Of a stretch of 64,000 nucleotides of DNA, positions 13,001 to 24,519 are shown in pieces. The DNA comes from Tubulanus polymorphus. Taxonomy: Eukaryota; Animalia; Nemertea. Numbering within the stretch: the first letter of the stretch is position 1; each line of letters begins with the position of its first letter. The stretch covers positions 14,806,275 to 14,870,274 of the forward strand of contig NC_134032.1 in assembly GCF_964204645.1 (NCBI RefSeq), given 5' to 3'. The notes under the pieces were generated by a model, which worked only from the letters and a program-made list of their open reading frames with translations, did no database searches and was not told the DNA's origin. The translations under genes and the position numbers were made by a program.

Positions 13001-15594
13001 TCGCCGAAGAGGAAAAAGCTTTCGCGTTGGGTTTACAGTTCGTGGTGATGCGTTTATTAGGTGAGTACTCATCGGTACTCATTGGGCCTCCACCAGTATG
13101 AGAGGGGCCTCAACCAGTATGAGGGGGCTCCACCAGTACGAGAGGGGGCTCCACCAGTATGAGACGGGCTCCTCCAGTAGGGGAGCTCCACCAGTTCGAG
13201 AGGAGGGCTCCATCAGAAGGGGGCTCATGAGTCAGTCTTTTGATGATACAGTAAACCTTTCCCTTACTCGGACATTGCCAGCTCTGACTTAAGACTGAAT
13301 TGCACAAAAACGAAATAATATTTCTGATGTGCTAGCATCTTTTCCTATCCTCAGCTCTGACTATCGGTCCCAGTTTATTCAAATTAAGCGAGCTTTGATG
13401 TATTTGAATTCAGGGGCTGGTTGCATAGTCATGGCTTAGACTTAAGACTAGTCTAAGACCAACTTTGTTCTATAGCAAATCTAACAATTTAAGACCGGTC
13501 TTATGATTTTAGACCACTTTTGGACTTAAGTCACGACTGTGCAACTGGCCACAGGGGTCGGTTGCATAGTCATGGCTTAGACTTAAGACCAGTCTAAGAC
13601 CAACTTTGTTCTATAGCAAATCTAACAATTTAAGATGAGTTTTAAGATTTAAGACCCATTTTGGACTCAAGTCACGACCGTGCAACTGGCCCCTGGGGCC
13701 GGTTCCTCAGTTGAGACTTAAGTCCAAAAATGGTCTTAAATTCAAAGACTGGTCTTACGTTGTTAGATTGTTTATAGAACTAACATGGTCTTAAATTGGT
13801 CTTAAGTCTAAGCCCTGTCTATGGAACCGGCCCCTGGAGCTTAAAGTTCTTAAAGTTGAAAGTTGTGTTGATGAAAAGTTCATGTTGTAACTCTTTCTCT
13901 GTCTCCGCGTCTATTACAGCTAATATTCCATCTCCGATTATATTTGGTAAGACGATAGATTCTACGTGTTTACATTGGAAGATACAGTGTAATTCTGCGG
14001 GTGCCTGTTTGATTTACGATATCGAACAATTTCGTTATAAATATATAGGTAAGTTATCACAACGATAAGGAGGGGGGTTGAAGGGTCGCGATATTTCTCT
14101 TGATGGTGATAAATGGGAGAGGGGGTGTTCACCTCTGTCCGTTTATCGGTATCTGATCAAAGTCATTTGGTAGACATTAAAATTCTGGGACATTTCGGCT
14201 AATCATGTCGAATTCTGGGCTCATTTCCACAGTTGTGAGTTAGAGTTAACTCGGACTTTAAGTTAGTTCATTTTCGATCTTGTAACTCGGAGTCAAATCT
14301 TAACTCAGAAGTGTGGAACTGGACCCCGATGCGTGATATTATCGGATCTCAGCATTGATAGGACATCCGGCCTCATTCGGCAGGGGTTTGTACCTGATGG
14401 CACGGCGGGATTCCCTTGTGTCGTGAAACCCTGTTTGAGTCCATATTGTAGGGCTTACCGGGCAGGGGTTTTTGACGTGTGGCAAGTCTCTCGACCCCAT
14501 TAAGTTTGAATCTACGCCAAGAATGTCAGCGGACAACGCAAGACATTACTGTTCAAGTCATCAGGGGCCAGTTGCACAGTCGTGACTTAAGTCAAAAAGT
14601 TGTCTTAAATCTTAAGACTGGTCTTAAGTTGTTAGATTAGTTATAGAACCAAAATGAGCCTAGACTGGTCTTAAGTTGTAAGATTGACTATAGAACCAAA
14701 ATGAGCTTAGACTGGTCTTAAGTTGTTAGATTGGTTATAGAACCAAAATGAGCCTAGACTGGTCTTAAGTTGTAAGATTGACTATAGAACCAAAATGAGT
14801 TTAGACAGGTCTTAAGTTGTAAGATTAGTTATAGAACTAAAATGAGTTCAGACTGGTCTTAAGTTGTTAGATTGGCTATAGAACTAAAATGAGCTTAGAC
14901 TGGTCTTAAGTTATTAGATTGGTAATAGAACCAAAATGAGTTTAGACAGGTCTTAAGTTGTTAGATTGGTTATAGAACCAAAATGAGCCTAGACTGGTCT
15001 TAAGTTGTTAGATTGGCTATAGAACCAAAATGAGCTTAGACTGGTCTTAAGTTGTTAGATTGACTATAGAACCAAAATCAGCTTAGACTGGTCTTAAGTC
15101 TAAGCCATGACTATGCAACCGGCCCCAGGAGAATGACTTAGATAATACATAATATAGAAATATTAAACATCTATATAAAAGGCTTCATACAAAATCTGAA
15201 TATAATCCTATCTGTTTTCAAACTGATGCCTTTGTGTGTTACTATTCTAGGAGTTTCCACCGTGCTCAAAATGACTGGTATCATTCTGTTCTGTTCCGAT
15301 TGGCTACTGATCAAACAACGCAATGAAAGCGCCACCTATAACCTGGTACGTAGTCACGTCGACGGATTTTATTGTGGTTTCGGAAAATATCTACGTTTCA
15401 TCTTTCGACTAAGTTTAAAGATGCGTTTGTTTTTATTTTTTCAGGAACCACACAATATGGTGGCTACGGCTTCCGAACCGAATATATCGTTAGCGGCAGT
15501 GACACCAGGTGGCGCTAACGGCGATGAGCAGACGGACGAACTTCACCGGGACCAAACTCAAGAATCATTTGTTTCGTGGAATACAACAGTTTAA
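7063..15594 (+). CDS. SLCO: Organic anion transporting polypeptide (OATP/SLCO; Oatp30B/SLCO5A1-like), 10 coding exons
   Basis: Exons 7063-8083, 8617-8940, 9475-9639, 9743-9823, 11276-11393, 12248-12434, 12802-13060, 13920-14048, 15251-15345, 15445-15594; all GT-AG and phase-consistent. OATP motifs: GYLNSVITTIEKRF, HPRWVGCWWGGF, FLPKYLETQF, FFLGCDN, Kazal-like CNLDCDC..VCG..TYFSPCYAGC, IPSPIIFG..IDSTCLHW. The C-terminus NTTV is a class I PDZ-binding motif. Subfamily assignment is from recalled similarity only; start ATG could be 7063 or 7087. Confidence 0.93.
8203..8578. repeat. 20-bp ctggatccagttccacagtt satellite in inverted head-to-head blocks (OATP intron 1)
   Basis: Forward copies 8203-8285, reverse copies (aactgtggaactggatccag) 8285-8578. 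Confidence 0.85.
8965..9441. repeat. ~76-bp minisatellite filling OATP intron 2
   Basis: Unit aaacattactcaacattcctttagaatgtctattgtgttccaaaacattcctttgaatgtccattgtgtcgc, ~6 copies. Confidence 0.9.
10003..10345 (+). mobile_element. tRNA-derived SINE with a nested Harbinger-like MITE (~10160-10286)
   Basis: A box tagctcagttgg, degenerate B box, and a SINE-like tail gagacgtaaaac. The internal element gggccagttgctcaaaag...ttttgagcaaccggccc is flanked by ctg on both sides. Confidence 0.6.
10378..11312 (+). repeat. 52-bp tandem array of splice acceptor plus start of OATP exon 5 (18 acceptors)
   Basis: AG|GT at 10391 and every 52 bp through 11275 (884 = 17 x 52). Confidence 0.95.
11570..12190. repeat. 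~41-bp purine-rich minisatellite (OATP intron 5)
   Basis: Unit gagagacaaggggactgagggagagagaagggaagggaggg. Confidence 0.9.
12547..12618 (-). mobile_element. tRNA-derived SINE head / tRNA pseudogene
   Basis: Minus strand has A box tagctcagcggtagagcg and B box gagttcgaacc; acceptor and anticodon stems pair poorly. Confidence 0.6.
13413..13835. mobile_element. Three adjacent ~140-bp Harbinger/PIF-like MITEs (cttaag family)
   Basis: TIRs ggg(c/t)c(a/g)gttgca...tgcaactggccc with cag/ctg junctions. Other copies lie near 16987-17124, 17217-17354, 22787-23063, 40760-40870, 48600-48868, 55320-55457 and 61695-61750. Confidence 0.75.
14565..15125. mobile_element. Harbinger-like MITE with internal 47-bp tandem expansion (~10 copies)
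   Basis: cag|gggccagttgcacagtc ... gactatgcaaccggccc|cag (3-bp TSD). Internal unit agactggtcttaagttgttagattggttatagaaccaaaatgagctt. Confidence 0.85.
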
Positions 15595-15894
15595 ATTGAA
15601 AATGCGGACTCGGACTCAGAATTGGAATTATATACGCATGATTGTTGTGGACGTTGGTGTGTGTCCGCGTAAAAAGTTATACCTACTGTTTTTAGTGAAA
15701 CCCAAATGTTTAATAAACAGGCAGTGTTCGTACACAGGAAGTAATAACCACCGCATGCGTTAGTTTGATGAGAAAATTTTAAATCAAAAATCAGTTTATT
15801 AAGATTCAGGGATATTTATAAATACAATTACTGCCTTTATTACTGGGGGGGGGACATTAGTACCTGTATCTGCATAAGGGGAGAAGCAATGGGA

Positions 15895-16222
15895 GGGAGA
15901 GTGGGTAGATGGAGTGGGCAGATAGGGGGCGAGAGTGGGTAGGGGAGTGGGCAGATAGGGGTGAGAGTGGGTAGGGGAGTGGGCAGATAGGGGGCGAGAG
16001 TGGGTAGGGAAGTGGGCAGATAGGGGCGAGAGTGGATAGGGGAGTGGACAGATAGGGGGCGAGAGTGGGTAGGGTAGTGGGCAGATAGGGGCGAGAGTGG
16101 ATAGGGGAGTGGGCAGATAGGGGCGAGAGTGGATAGGGGAGTGGAGAGAAAGGGGGCGAGAGTGGATAGGGGAGTGGGCAGATAGGGGGCAAGAGTGGGT
16201 AGGGAAGTGGGCAGATAGGGGG
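15895..16222. repeat. G-rich ~20/40-bp minisatellite downstream of the OATP stop
   Basis: Unit gagagtgggtaggggagtgggcagatagggggc. Confidence 0.9.
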
Positions 16223-17740
16223 GTCTAGAATCAATCAGTTTTATTCTGAAACAGTATATGTATATAATGCTAAAATAGGCTAGGCTACTTGGGATAGAGG
16301 GGAAGGGAGGGGGGAGTGAGAAAGATGGAGATGGGGTAACGAATCAGGCGATCCCTATAATGGATGGAATGAGTGACGATATGTTTGGTGTAATTGGTTA
16401 AGTCTACCAAAAAAAACTAATCGATTCAATATAGTGAACAAACACTGCTTTAGGGGTCAGTAGGGACCGGTTTCCTCGGACTGGTGTGACTGGTCCGGCG
16501 TGACAGGTTCTAGAGACTAGTATGCTTGGTACAAAGGACCGGGTGACTACTCCTTGGACCGGGGGGGGGGTATCATTGGTCCCATTAGATGCATTTACAC
16601 AATACCTGAATCATCGTCATTCCTCAATTAGATATTTGCTCATATCAGTGTTTTACGAGTCGTGTTATTATATTTCAATTTATCGGATGAAAATAATTCT
16701 GAAAAAAAACAAATTTTAATTTCAGACAATCTTAGAATATTTGATTTATAGAGGATCTCGTGCAGAACTACGCAACCAGGGGCCAATTGTACAATATAGA
16801 ACGAATATAGTTCCGTAGCCAATCTAAACAATTTTTAGGCCAATTTCAAAATTATAGACCATTTTTGAACTTGCGTCACAACTGTGCAACTGAGTTCCAA
16901 AGTCGAGACATGGTCTCAAATCTTGAGACTTCGCGACTGCTCTGAAGTTGTTAGATGGGCCATAGAACCAAATGAGCTAAAAGACTGGGCCGGTTGCATA
17001 GTCATAGCTTAGACTTAAGACCAATCTAAGACCAGCTTAGCTCTAAAGCCAATCTAACAACTTAAGACCAGTCTTAAGATTTTAGACCACTTTTGGACTT
17101 AAGTCACGACTGTGCAACTGGCCCTGGTCTTAAATTGTTAGATTGTTTACAGAAGATGGTCTTAGAGACTGGTCTTAAGTCTAAGTCATGACTATGGAAC
17201 TGTACCCAAGCTCCTGGGGCCCAGTTGCACAGTCGTGACTTAAGTCCAAAAGTGGTCTTAAATCTTAAGACTAGTCTTAACTTGTTAGATCAGCTACAGA
17301 ACTAAGTTGGTCTTAGACTGGTCTTAAGTCTAAGTCATGACTATGCAACTGGCCCCTGGTTCTGACGTGTTGAATCGAGCTCTGATCAGTCATATCTACA
17401 ATACATTTTGCTAAATTTATCTATTTATCATTACATCCTATTTGTTGAATTGTTGTAATTGGTTTTTTTTTTTTCATCTTGTAATTGATCTTATTTTGTC
17501 TTTGTTTTGTCTCAATTGATTATTAGCTCTGTAGTTTGTATTGCATATCGTTACCTTGTGGAATCAACTTTGCATTTTGATCTTATGTTTGGTATTTTTT
17601 GACCAGTTTTCGACGGGACTCTGAGATATTATAACCTGTTTAACTGTCTGTTTAACTGTATTTTTTAAGACCGGTTTTTATTGAGAGAACAAGACCCGGC
17701 TCTCTACAATTCTTGGTTTATTAGACTTTCACTACTTTAA

Positions 17741-18034
17741 CCCTTTCAGTGCGTCTACACCGCAGTGTGGTGTATGAATCGGTGATGGCTAGTACATTTG
17801 CTAGTACATCGCACTGCGGTGTATTGATGTAAATCATAAAGGTTTCTATCTCTATTGAAAGATGGCAGCATCTGTCAAACACAGTTAGATATAAGTAACT
17901 AACAATACATCGCACCGCGGTGTAGACGCACTATAGCTGATGCCTGTAATTTGATGCACTGGGCAGGAATTTTTTCAAACATTTTCTTATTATCTCCACC
18001 AATTTAGGGTGTTAATCAGTCGGCACTGAAAGGG
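17741..18034. mobile_element. piggyBac-like non-autonomous element
   Basis: ttaa|ccctttcagtgc ... gcactgaaaggg|ttaa: TTAA TSD with CCC termini. Confidence 0.85.
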
Positions 18035-18338
18035 TTAAATTTAAAACATTCGAAATTGACTTATCGTGACTCATTGTATCTCGAGTCAAACCGGGAATTG
18101 TACGAGTGGGTCTTCGTTTTTGGTTGATATTTGTTGAAGTCCATTGAGCCGCCCGTGCAGTCCCGCGGAGGGCTGAGGGGGCGGGGTTAAATCAACCTCA
18201 TCATCCTCTCTCAGCTGTCAATCTTTGTTTTTGTCTCTAGTCAGAAAGTTGATCTCGACCTAGAAAAAGTCTAAAATCCGATAAAAACCGGTGAACGTAA
18301 TCAAAATAAAACTCGTTTTCCTGCTGCATTTCAAGAAC

Positions 18339-18504
18339 GGATCATTCATTTATTACGTACGAATAAAATTTGAATTTTTCAACCCCCCCTCCCCCTCTGT
18401 ATGCAAAATCGGCCATTTTATCATATACATTAAGCATTACAGTACGCAATTGCACTGACCCCCTTCCCCCTCCCCTAATGCGTACGTAATAAATGAATGA
18501 CCCC
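18339..18504. mobile_element. MITE (TIR gg(a/g)tcattcatttattacgtacg)
   Basis: ~23-bp terminal inverted repeats. Confidence 0.7.
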
Positions 18505-18883
18505 GAATATAATCAAATTAGTTTCTCTGTTTTTGTCGCATGTCATTAGAAATATTCTATCGATGTTAGTATGGAAAATATGGGCCATAATTAAAACCTG
18601 CTCAATGATTTTTAATTGAACTCGGGGGTTTTATTGCTTCAAGACGCTGTCTATATCGATATCATATAGAGTGATGTATATAAATTGTAAATCGATAATT
18701 GAACAATGAAATTGATTAATATTATTGATTAAAAAACCAAACATATCATTAACTAATGTAGGATAGGTATATATCTTCCAATGGGAACCCCTCGCGTAGC
18801 CGAATATATCGAAACAAAACTCAATATAATTTTAATTGCGGAAGTGTGGAATTTAAGATCTATTCAGTGGAAATGCTCCACTC

Positions 18884-19051
18884 TGGGCCCGATTCCACTG
18901 TTGCGAGTTAGAGCTTACTCTCGAGTTAAAATCAGTTCATTTTCAATGAGTTAACTCAGAGTTAAATTTTATTTCAGAACTGTGGAAGAAAATCAGTTCA
19001 TTTTTTAATGAGTTAACTCAAATCTATACTCGAAACTGTGGAACCGAGTCC
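18884..19051. mobile_element. MITE of the gagttaactc family (TIR gg.cc.gttccacagtt)
   Basis: Same family at 14217-14326, 23925-24034 and 25730-25841. Confidence 0.7.
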
Positions 19052-19854
19052 AGGAGATTTATTTAAGTGTAAAGTTTTCGTAGAAATTTGAATTTTTGTT
19101 TCGTAGGAAATGATTTGGATTGTTACTGTTTGTGCATATTAGGTACGCTACAACTTAGAGCCTGAACTCTAAACACGTCTGGCGTTTGTCGGAGACCGAT
19201 AAAACAAAATAGAAACGTGTATCGGGCGATTTAAAACTAAATGAAAATGAAGTTTAGTTTCGTTTAGGCTGTGCCTGTAAGTCGAGGGGAGTGTTTTAAG
19301 GCAGAACGGGCTTAGAGGGAGCTTTATCCAATGATCTTCCTTTTCTTTTTAAACTCATTTATTTAACATCAATCTGCTTTATATACAATTCAATGCAAGT
19401 TTTCAATTGGAATTAAGGGGTGGGGGTGGGGGTGGTTTGGTAGTTGAGGGGTAAATGGGGTACAGTTTGTGGGCTGGAGCTGATGATAGGGGATAGAGTG
19501 GGCAGGATTGAGAGAGTTGAAAGGATTTTTAGAGTAAAGTTGATGGGGTTGCTTTATGAAATGATGTAATTTTTTCTTGTCTGCATTGGTATAAATGCGT
19601 CTGTACGAGTTAAAAAATTCGACAGTATTAAACAATTGATTAGATAAAATATCAATTGAATTATTATTATTATTATTATCATTATATCTAACTGCATTGA
19701 ACTTTTTGTTGTTATAATTGATATGATTATTAATATAATTATTATGATATGTAATATTATCATATTCCATTTTTTGGTTGATCGCGAAATGAAAATAAAC
19801 TGATATTTAGTGTAATTCTGTTTTTGGTTATTGTTTTCAAGAGGACATGAGATC

Positions 19855-22507
19855 CAGTAATTACTGATACTGATTCAGAGTGGTCCTGGATGTACAGGGA
19901 TGTCCTGGGTTCAAACCCAGTTATTACTGATGCTAATTCAGATTGGCCCTGATGCTGGATAGAGATGTACAGGGGTGTCCCGGGTTCAAACCCGGTAATT
20001 ACTAATACTGACACTGATTCAGAGTGGTCCTGCTGCTGAATAGTGGATGTACAGGGGTGTCCCGAGTTCGAACCCAGTAATTACTGACACTTATTCGGAG
20101 TGGTCCTGATGCTGAATAGAGGATGTACAGGAGTGTCCAGCCGTATGGTGCTGCCACTATGCTCATCGTTAGCGGAATTTTCATACACTAACGTAATTCA
20201 ACTCTGGCAATCGAGTTGCTGCCATTAACCCTAGCTTGCCAGAGTTAACTTTCGTTAGTGTATGAAAGTCCCGCTAACAATGAGCATAGCGGCAGCACCG
20301 TACGGTAAAATATTGATATCTTAACAAAAGTAATTACTCTGGGACATTGATTCAGAGTTGCCCTGATGCTGTATAGAGGATGTACAGGGTGTCTCGGGTT
20401 CGAACCCAGTAATTACTGACACTAATTCAATGCTAAATAGACGATGTGGGTTGAATCCCGTAATAACTGATACTGATTCTGGGTGGGTCATGATGCTGGA
20501 TAGAGGATGTAAAGGGGTCTCCAGCCGTATGGTGCTGCCGCTATGCTCATCGTTAGCGGAATTATCATTCTCTCTGAATCAGTATCAGTAATAACCGGTA
20601 CTGGGTTCGAACCTGGGATACCCCTGTACATCCTCTATTCAGCACCAGGACTACTCCGAATCAGTGTCAGTAATCACTGGGTTTGAACCTGGGACACTCC
20701 TGTACATCCTCAGTCCGGCTATTCAGCATCAGTACCACTCTGAATCAGTGTCAGTAATTACCGGGTTCGAACTCGGGACACCCCTGTACATCCTCTATTC
20801 AGCATCAGGACCACCAAGAAAACGATTGAATATAAAAATCCTTGAAAAATTAAAGAAAATATAAATTCACAATTGAATAATATTGAATATTTTATTGGTT
20901 CAATTTGCAGAATAATGCAGTAGAACTCACTGTAATACAGATCACTAGGACCGCGCCCAGATTTCTACAAATTTAGTAAAATCCGAATTATGAATAATAG
21001 ATAAAAGGGTTCCACGAAAATGGAGCAAATATTCAATCGGAATTAAATGAAAATCCGGATTGAAAAACAAGAACGAAGAGAGTTTTACTGTATTAGAAAT
21101 ATACACGTGAAAAAAACCCACACAACGCGATTTCTTCAGTTTCTAGTGAAAGATTCCAATAAAACAACCAACAATTTGAACTCGCAAAAAAATGTGATAA
21201 GAAAATACATATAGTGAAACTCGAGTTGAAGTCATGCATAGTTGGGATGATAACTTCGGTAAGGTCAGTGCTGGTTAAACAGCTGAGATCAGTTGCTTAG
21301 ACCCCTGAACATCCTCTATTCAGCATCAGGACTACTCTGAATAAAGTATCAACTTTATTAAGATATCAACATTTCACCGTACAGTGCTGCCTCTATGCTC
21401 ATCGTTGGCGGGATTTTCATACACTAACGTAAATCAACTCTGGCAATCGAGTTGCTGCCATTAACCCTAGCTTGCCAGAGTTAACTTTCGTTAGTGTATG
21501 AAAATTCCGCTAACAATGAGCATAGCGGCACCACCGTACGGTAAAATATTGGTGTATCTTAACAAAATTAATTACTGACAAAGGGGTGTCCCGGGTTCGA
21601 AACCAGTAACTACAGACACTGATTCGGAGTGGTCCTGATGCTGAATAGAGGATGTACAGGGTGTCCCAGGTTCGAACCCAGTAATTACCGACACTGATTC
21701 TGAGTGGTCCTGATGCTGAATAGAGGATGTACAGGAGTGTCCAGCCGTATGGTGCTGCCGCTATGCTCATCGTTAGCGGAATTTTCATACACTAACGTAG
21801 GTCAACTCTGGCAATCGAGTTGCTGCCATTAACCCTAGCTTGCCAGAGTTAACTTTCGTTAGTGTATGAAAATCCCGCTAACAATGAGCATAGCAGCAGC
21901 ACCGTACGGTAAAATATTGATATCTTAACAAAAGTAATTACTCTGGGACATTGATTCAGAGTTGCCCTGATGCTGTATAGAGGATGTACAGGGGTGTCCC
22001 GGGTTGAATCCAGTAATTACTGATACTGATTCTGAGTGGGTCCTGATGCTGAATAGAGGATGTAAAGGGGTCTCCAGCCGTATGGTGCTGCCGCTATGCT
22101 CATCGTTAGCGGAATTTTCATACACTAACGTAAGTCAACTCTGGCAATCGAGTTGCTGCCATTAACACTAACTTGCCAGAGTTAACTTTCGTTAGTGTAT
22201 GAAAATCCCGCTAACAATGAGCATAGCGGCAGCACCGTACGGTGAAATATTGGTGTATCTTAAAAGTAATTACTGACAAAGGGGTGTCCCGGGTTCAAAA
22301 CCAGTTATTACAGACACTGATTCGGAGTGGTCCTGATGCTGAATAGAGGATGCACAGGGGTGTCCTAGGTTCGAACCCAGTAATTACAGACACTGATTCA
22401 GAGTGGTCCTGATCCTGAATAGAGGATGTACAGGGGTGTCCTGGGTTCAAACTCAGTAATTACTGACACTGATTCAGAGTGGTCCTGATGCTGAATAGAG
22501 GATGTAC
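19855..22507. repeat. Composite array: ~76-bp B-box-containing units alternating with ~200-bp hairpin elements
   Basis: Unit cagtaattactgacactgattcagagtggtcctgatgctgaatagaggatgtacaggggtgtcccgggttcgaacc; hairpins at ~20141-20320, 21361-21560, 21745-21925, 22078-22262. Confidence 0.9.
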
Positions 22508-23490
22508 TAAGCCCGTCCTTATTTTATTGATGTCGAGTTCCACAAACAACGAACAATAAGGGAATCTAACAATTAAACTAAACTTTATTTCTTTTACCCT
22601 AAAGACCCTAGTACATGTATTTCTTAAAATCTAGATACAACGGCGGCGGCAGCAGCAGCAGCAGCAGCAGATGCAGTTTTTCATTAATTGAGCATTTTAT
22701 GATTAAGTAACAATTCTATAATACTGTTTACTGATTACATGATAATTAACACTAATTATAAATAACCCTGATTGAAGCGACTATCAGGGGTCAGTTGCAT
22801 AGTCACGGCTAAGACTTAAGATCAGTTTAAGACCACCTTCTATAACCAATTTAATAACTTAAGACCAGTCTAAGCTCATTCTGGTTCGATAACCGATCTT
22901 ATAACTTAAGACCAGTCTAAGCTCATCCTGGTTCGATAACCGATCTAACAACTTAAGACCAGTCTAAGCTCATTCTGGTTCTATAACCAATCTAACAACT
23001 TAAGACTGGTCTTAAGATTTAAGACATCTTTTTGGACTTAAGTCATGACTGTGCAGCTGACCCAGGAGTGGATCTAGGGGGATATTTCCACCAACTGGAA
23101 ACACCTGAGGGTCTTTCCTCGTTAAATCCGAGAAATTCCCATCCTTTTTCTTTTGGACCCTGTCGCGTCCTATTTTCTTAGATCCAATCCCTGTTTAATT
23201 TAAGCACCAGATTGTAAAACTAACCCCAGCTCACATACCTTATTGGTAGGTGAACGATCTAACATTTATCTTTCTTATAATGCACGTGTGAAATTGAGAA
23301 AATTGAGACAGCTGAGAAAATTGAGACAGCGATCAATACAAATTGCATAAAATATATCATTATCCTAATTAAAATGATCAATTAAACTCCAAGAAAGTTG
23401 TATTCATGGCGATTTACGGGGCATTTCATAAAACCATTGAACTATTCATGGTGGAACTTCAAACAGACAGTTGCGCCAGGAAGTAAAGTA

Positions 23491-23675
23491 CAGTATAATC
23501 CGCTTAATTCGGGTCATTTGAAACCAACAAATTCATCCATCCAGTTTACCGGAAACCCGGATTCAAAGTCATTTTCTTGTACCAGGGGTAAATTAATGAA
23601 TAAGTGGACTGCAAATATTGCCCGAATTAGACCAAAATCCGGATTCAGATGATCCGAATAAAGCGGATTTGACTG
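23491..23675. mobile_element. Tc1/mariner (pogo/Tigger-like) MITE
   Basis: ta|cagtataatccgcttaattcgg ... ccgaataaagcggatttgactg|ta: TA TSD and CAGT termini. Confidence 0.8.
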
Positions 23676-23699
23676 TATTTTCTTATGACCCTTGTTCAT

Positions 23700-24034
23700 C
23701 AGGACCCAGTTCTACAGTTGTGAGTTAGAGATAACTGTGAACTCAGGATCCAGTTCCACAGTTGTGAGTTCAGAGTTAACTGTGAACTCAGGATCCAGTT
23801 CCACAGTTGTGAGTTCAGAGTTAACTCTGAACTCAGGATCCAGTTCCACAGTTGTGAGTTCAGAGTTAACTGTTATCTCAGGATCCAGTTCTACAGTTGT
23901 GAGTTAGAGTTAACTGTGAATTCAGGACCCAGTTCCACAGTTCTGAGTTAGAGTTAACTCTTGAGTTAAAGTTAGCTCATTTTCAATGAGTTAACTCAGA
24001 GTCAAATATAAAGCGAAACTGTGGAACTGGACCC
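23700..24034. repeat. 45-bp tandem repeats of a MITE left end, ending in a complete MITE
   Basis: Unit caggatccagttccacagttgtgagttcagagttaactgtgaact x5, then a full element closing with aactgtggaactggacc. Confidence 0.85.
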
Positions 24035-24519
24035 GGATATTTGCAATGTAAACTTCTAATTGTAGTCATCCTCAGCTGTATTGAATAGAACATTTTACGT
24101 AAACTATCAGCAAGCCCTTGAATGATTTGTACACAGCCCCGAACTGGCTTTAAGTTTCACAAACCATCATATCATTTTTTCTCGGTAAGGATAAAAACTC
24201 AAAAACAAATTTCACAAAATTTAAAACATTGTCGAAAATCATTAAGTACGTTAAAAACTTAAGTACTTAAAATCATTAAGTACCGGTACATTAAGTACTT
24301 TAAGGAGCAAAATTATACATACTTTAAGGAGCAACTTATACATTAAAGTTAGGAGGAAACTATTGTAAGGAGGACGTTATATTAAGAATTTTAGATCAAC
24401 TTTAGATTAATTACCATAAATTAACCGACTAAAATCTACAAAATTTGTAACCCTTTTTAAATTTGAAATTCTCATTCAAAAATCCGGTTTCCGATTAGAG
24501 CGAGCGATTGACAATCGGT

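Noticed and set aside
19390-19770. 126-aa Asn-rich ORF
   Set aside because: Low-complexity AT-rich sequence, possibly a decayed retroelement end; no recognisable domain or splice support.
22310-22390. 76-bp units as tRNA genes or C/D snoRNAs
   Set aside because: No cloverleaf (no acceptor or anticodon stems); tgatgctga is not a properly spaced C/D box pair.
19855-22507. CRISPR-like repeat/spacer appearance
   Set aside because: The context is eukaryotic, the intervening sequences are copies of the same hairpin rather than unique spacers, and there are no cas genes.
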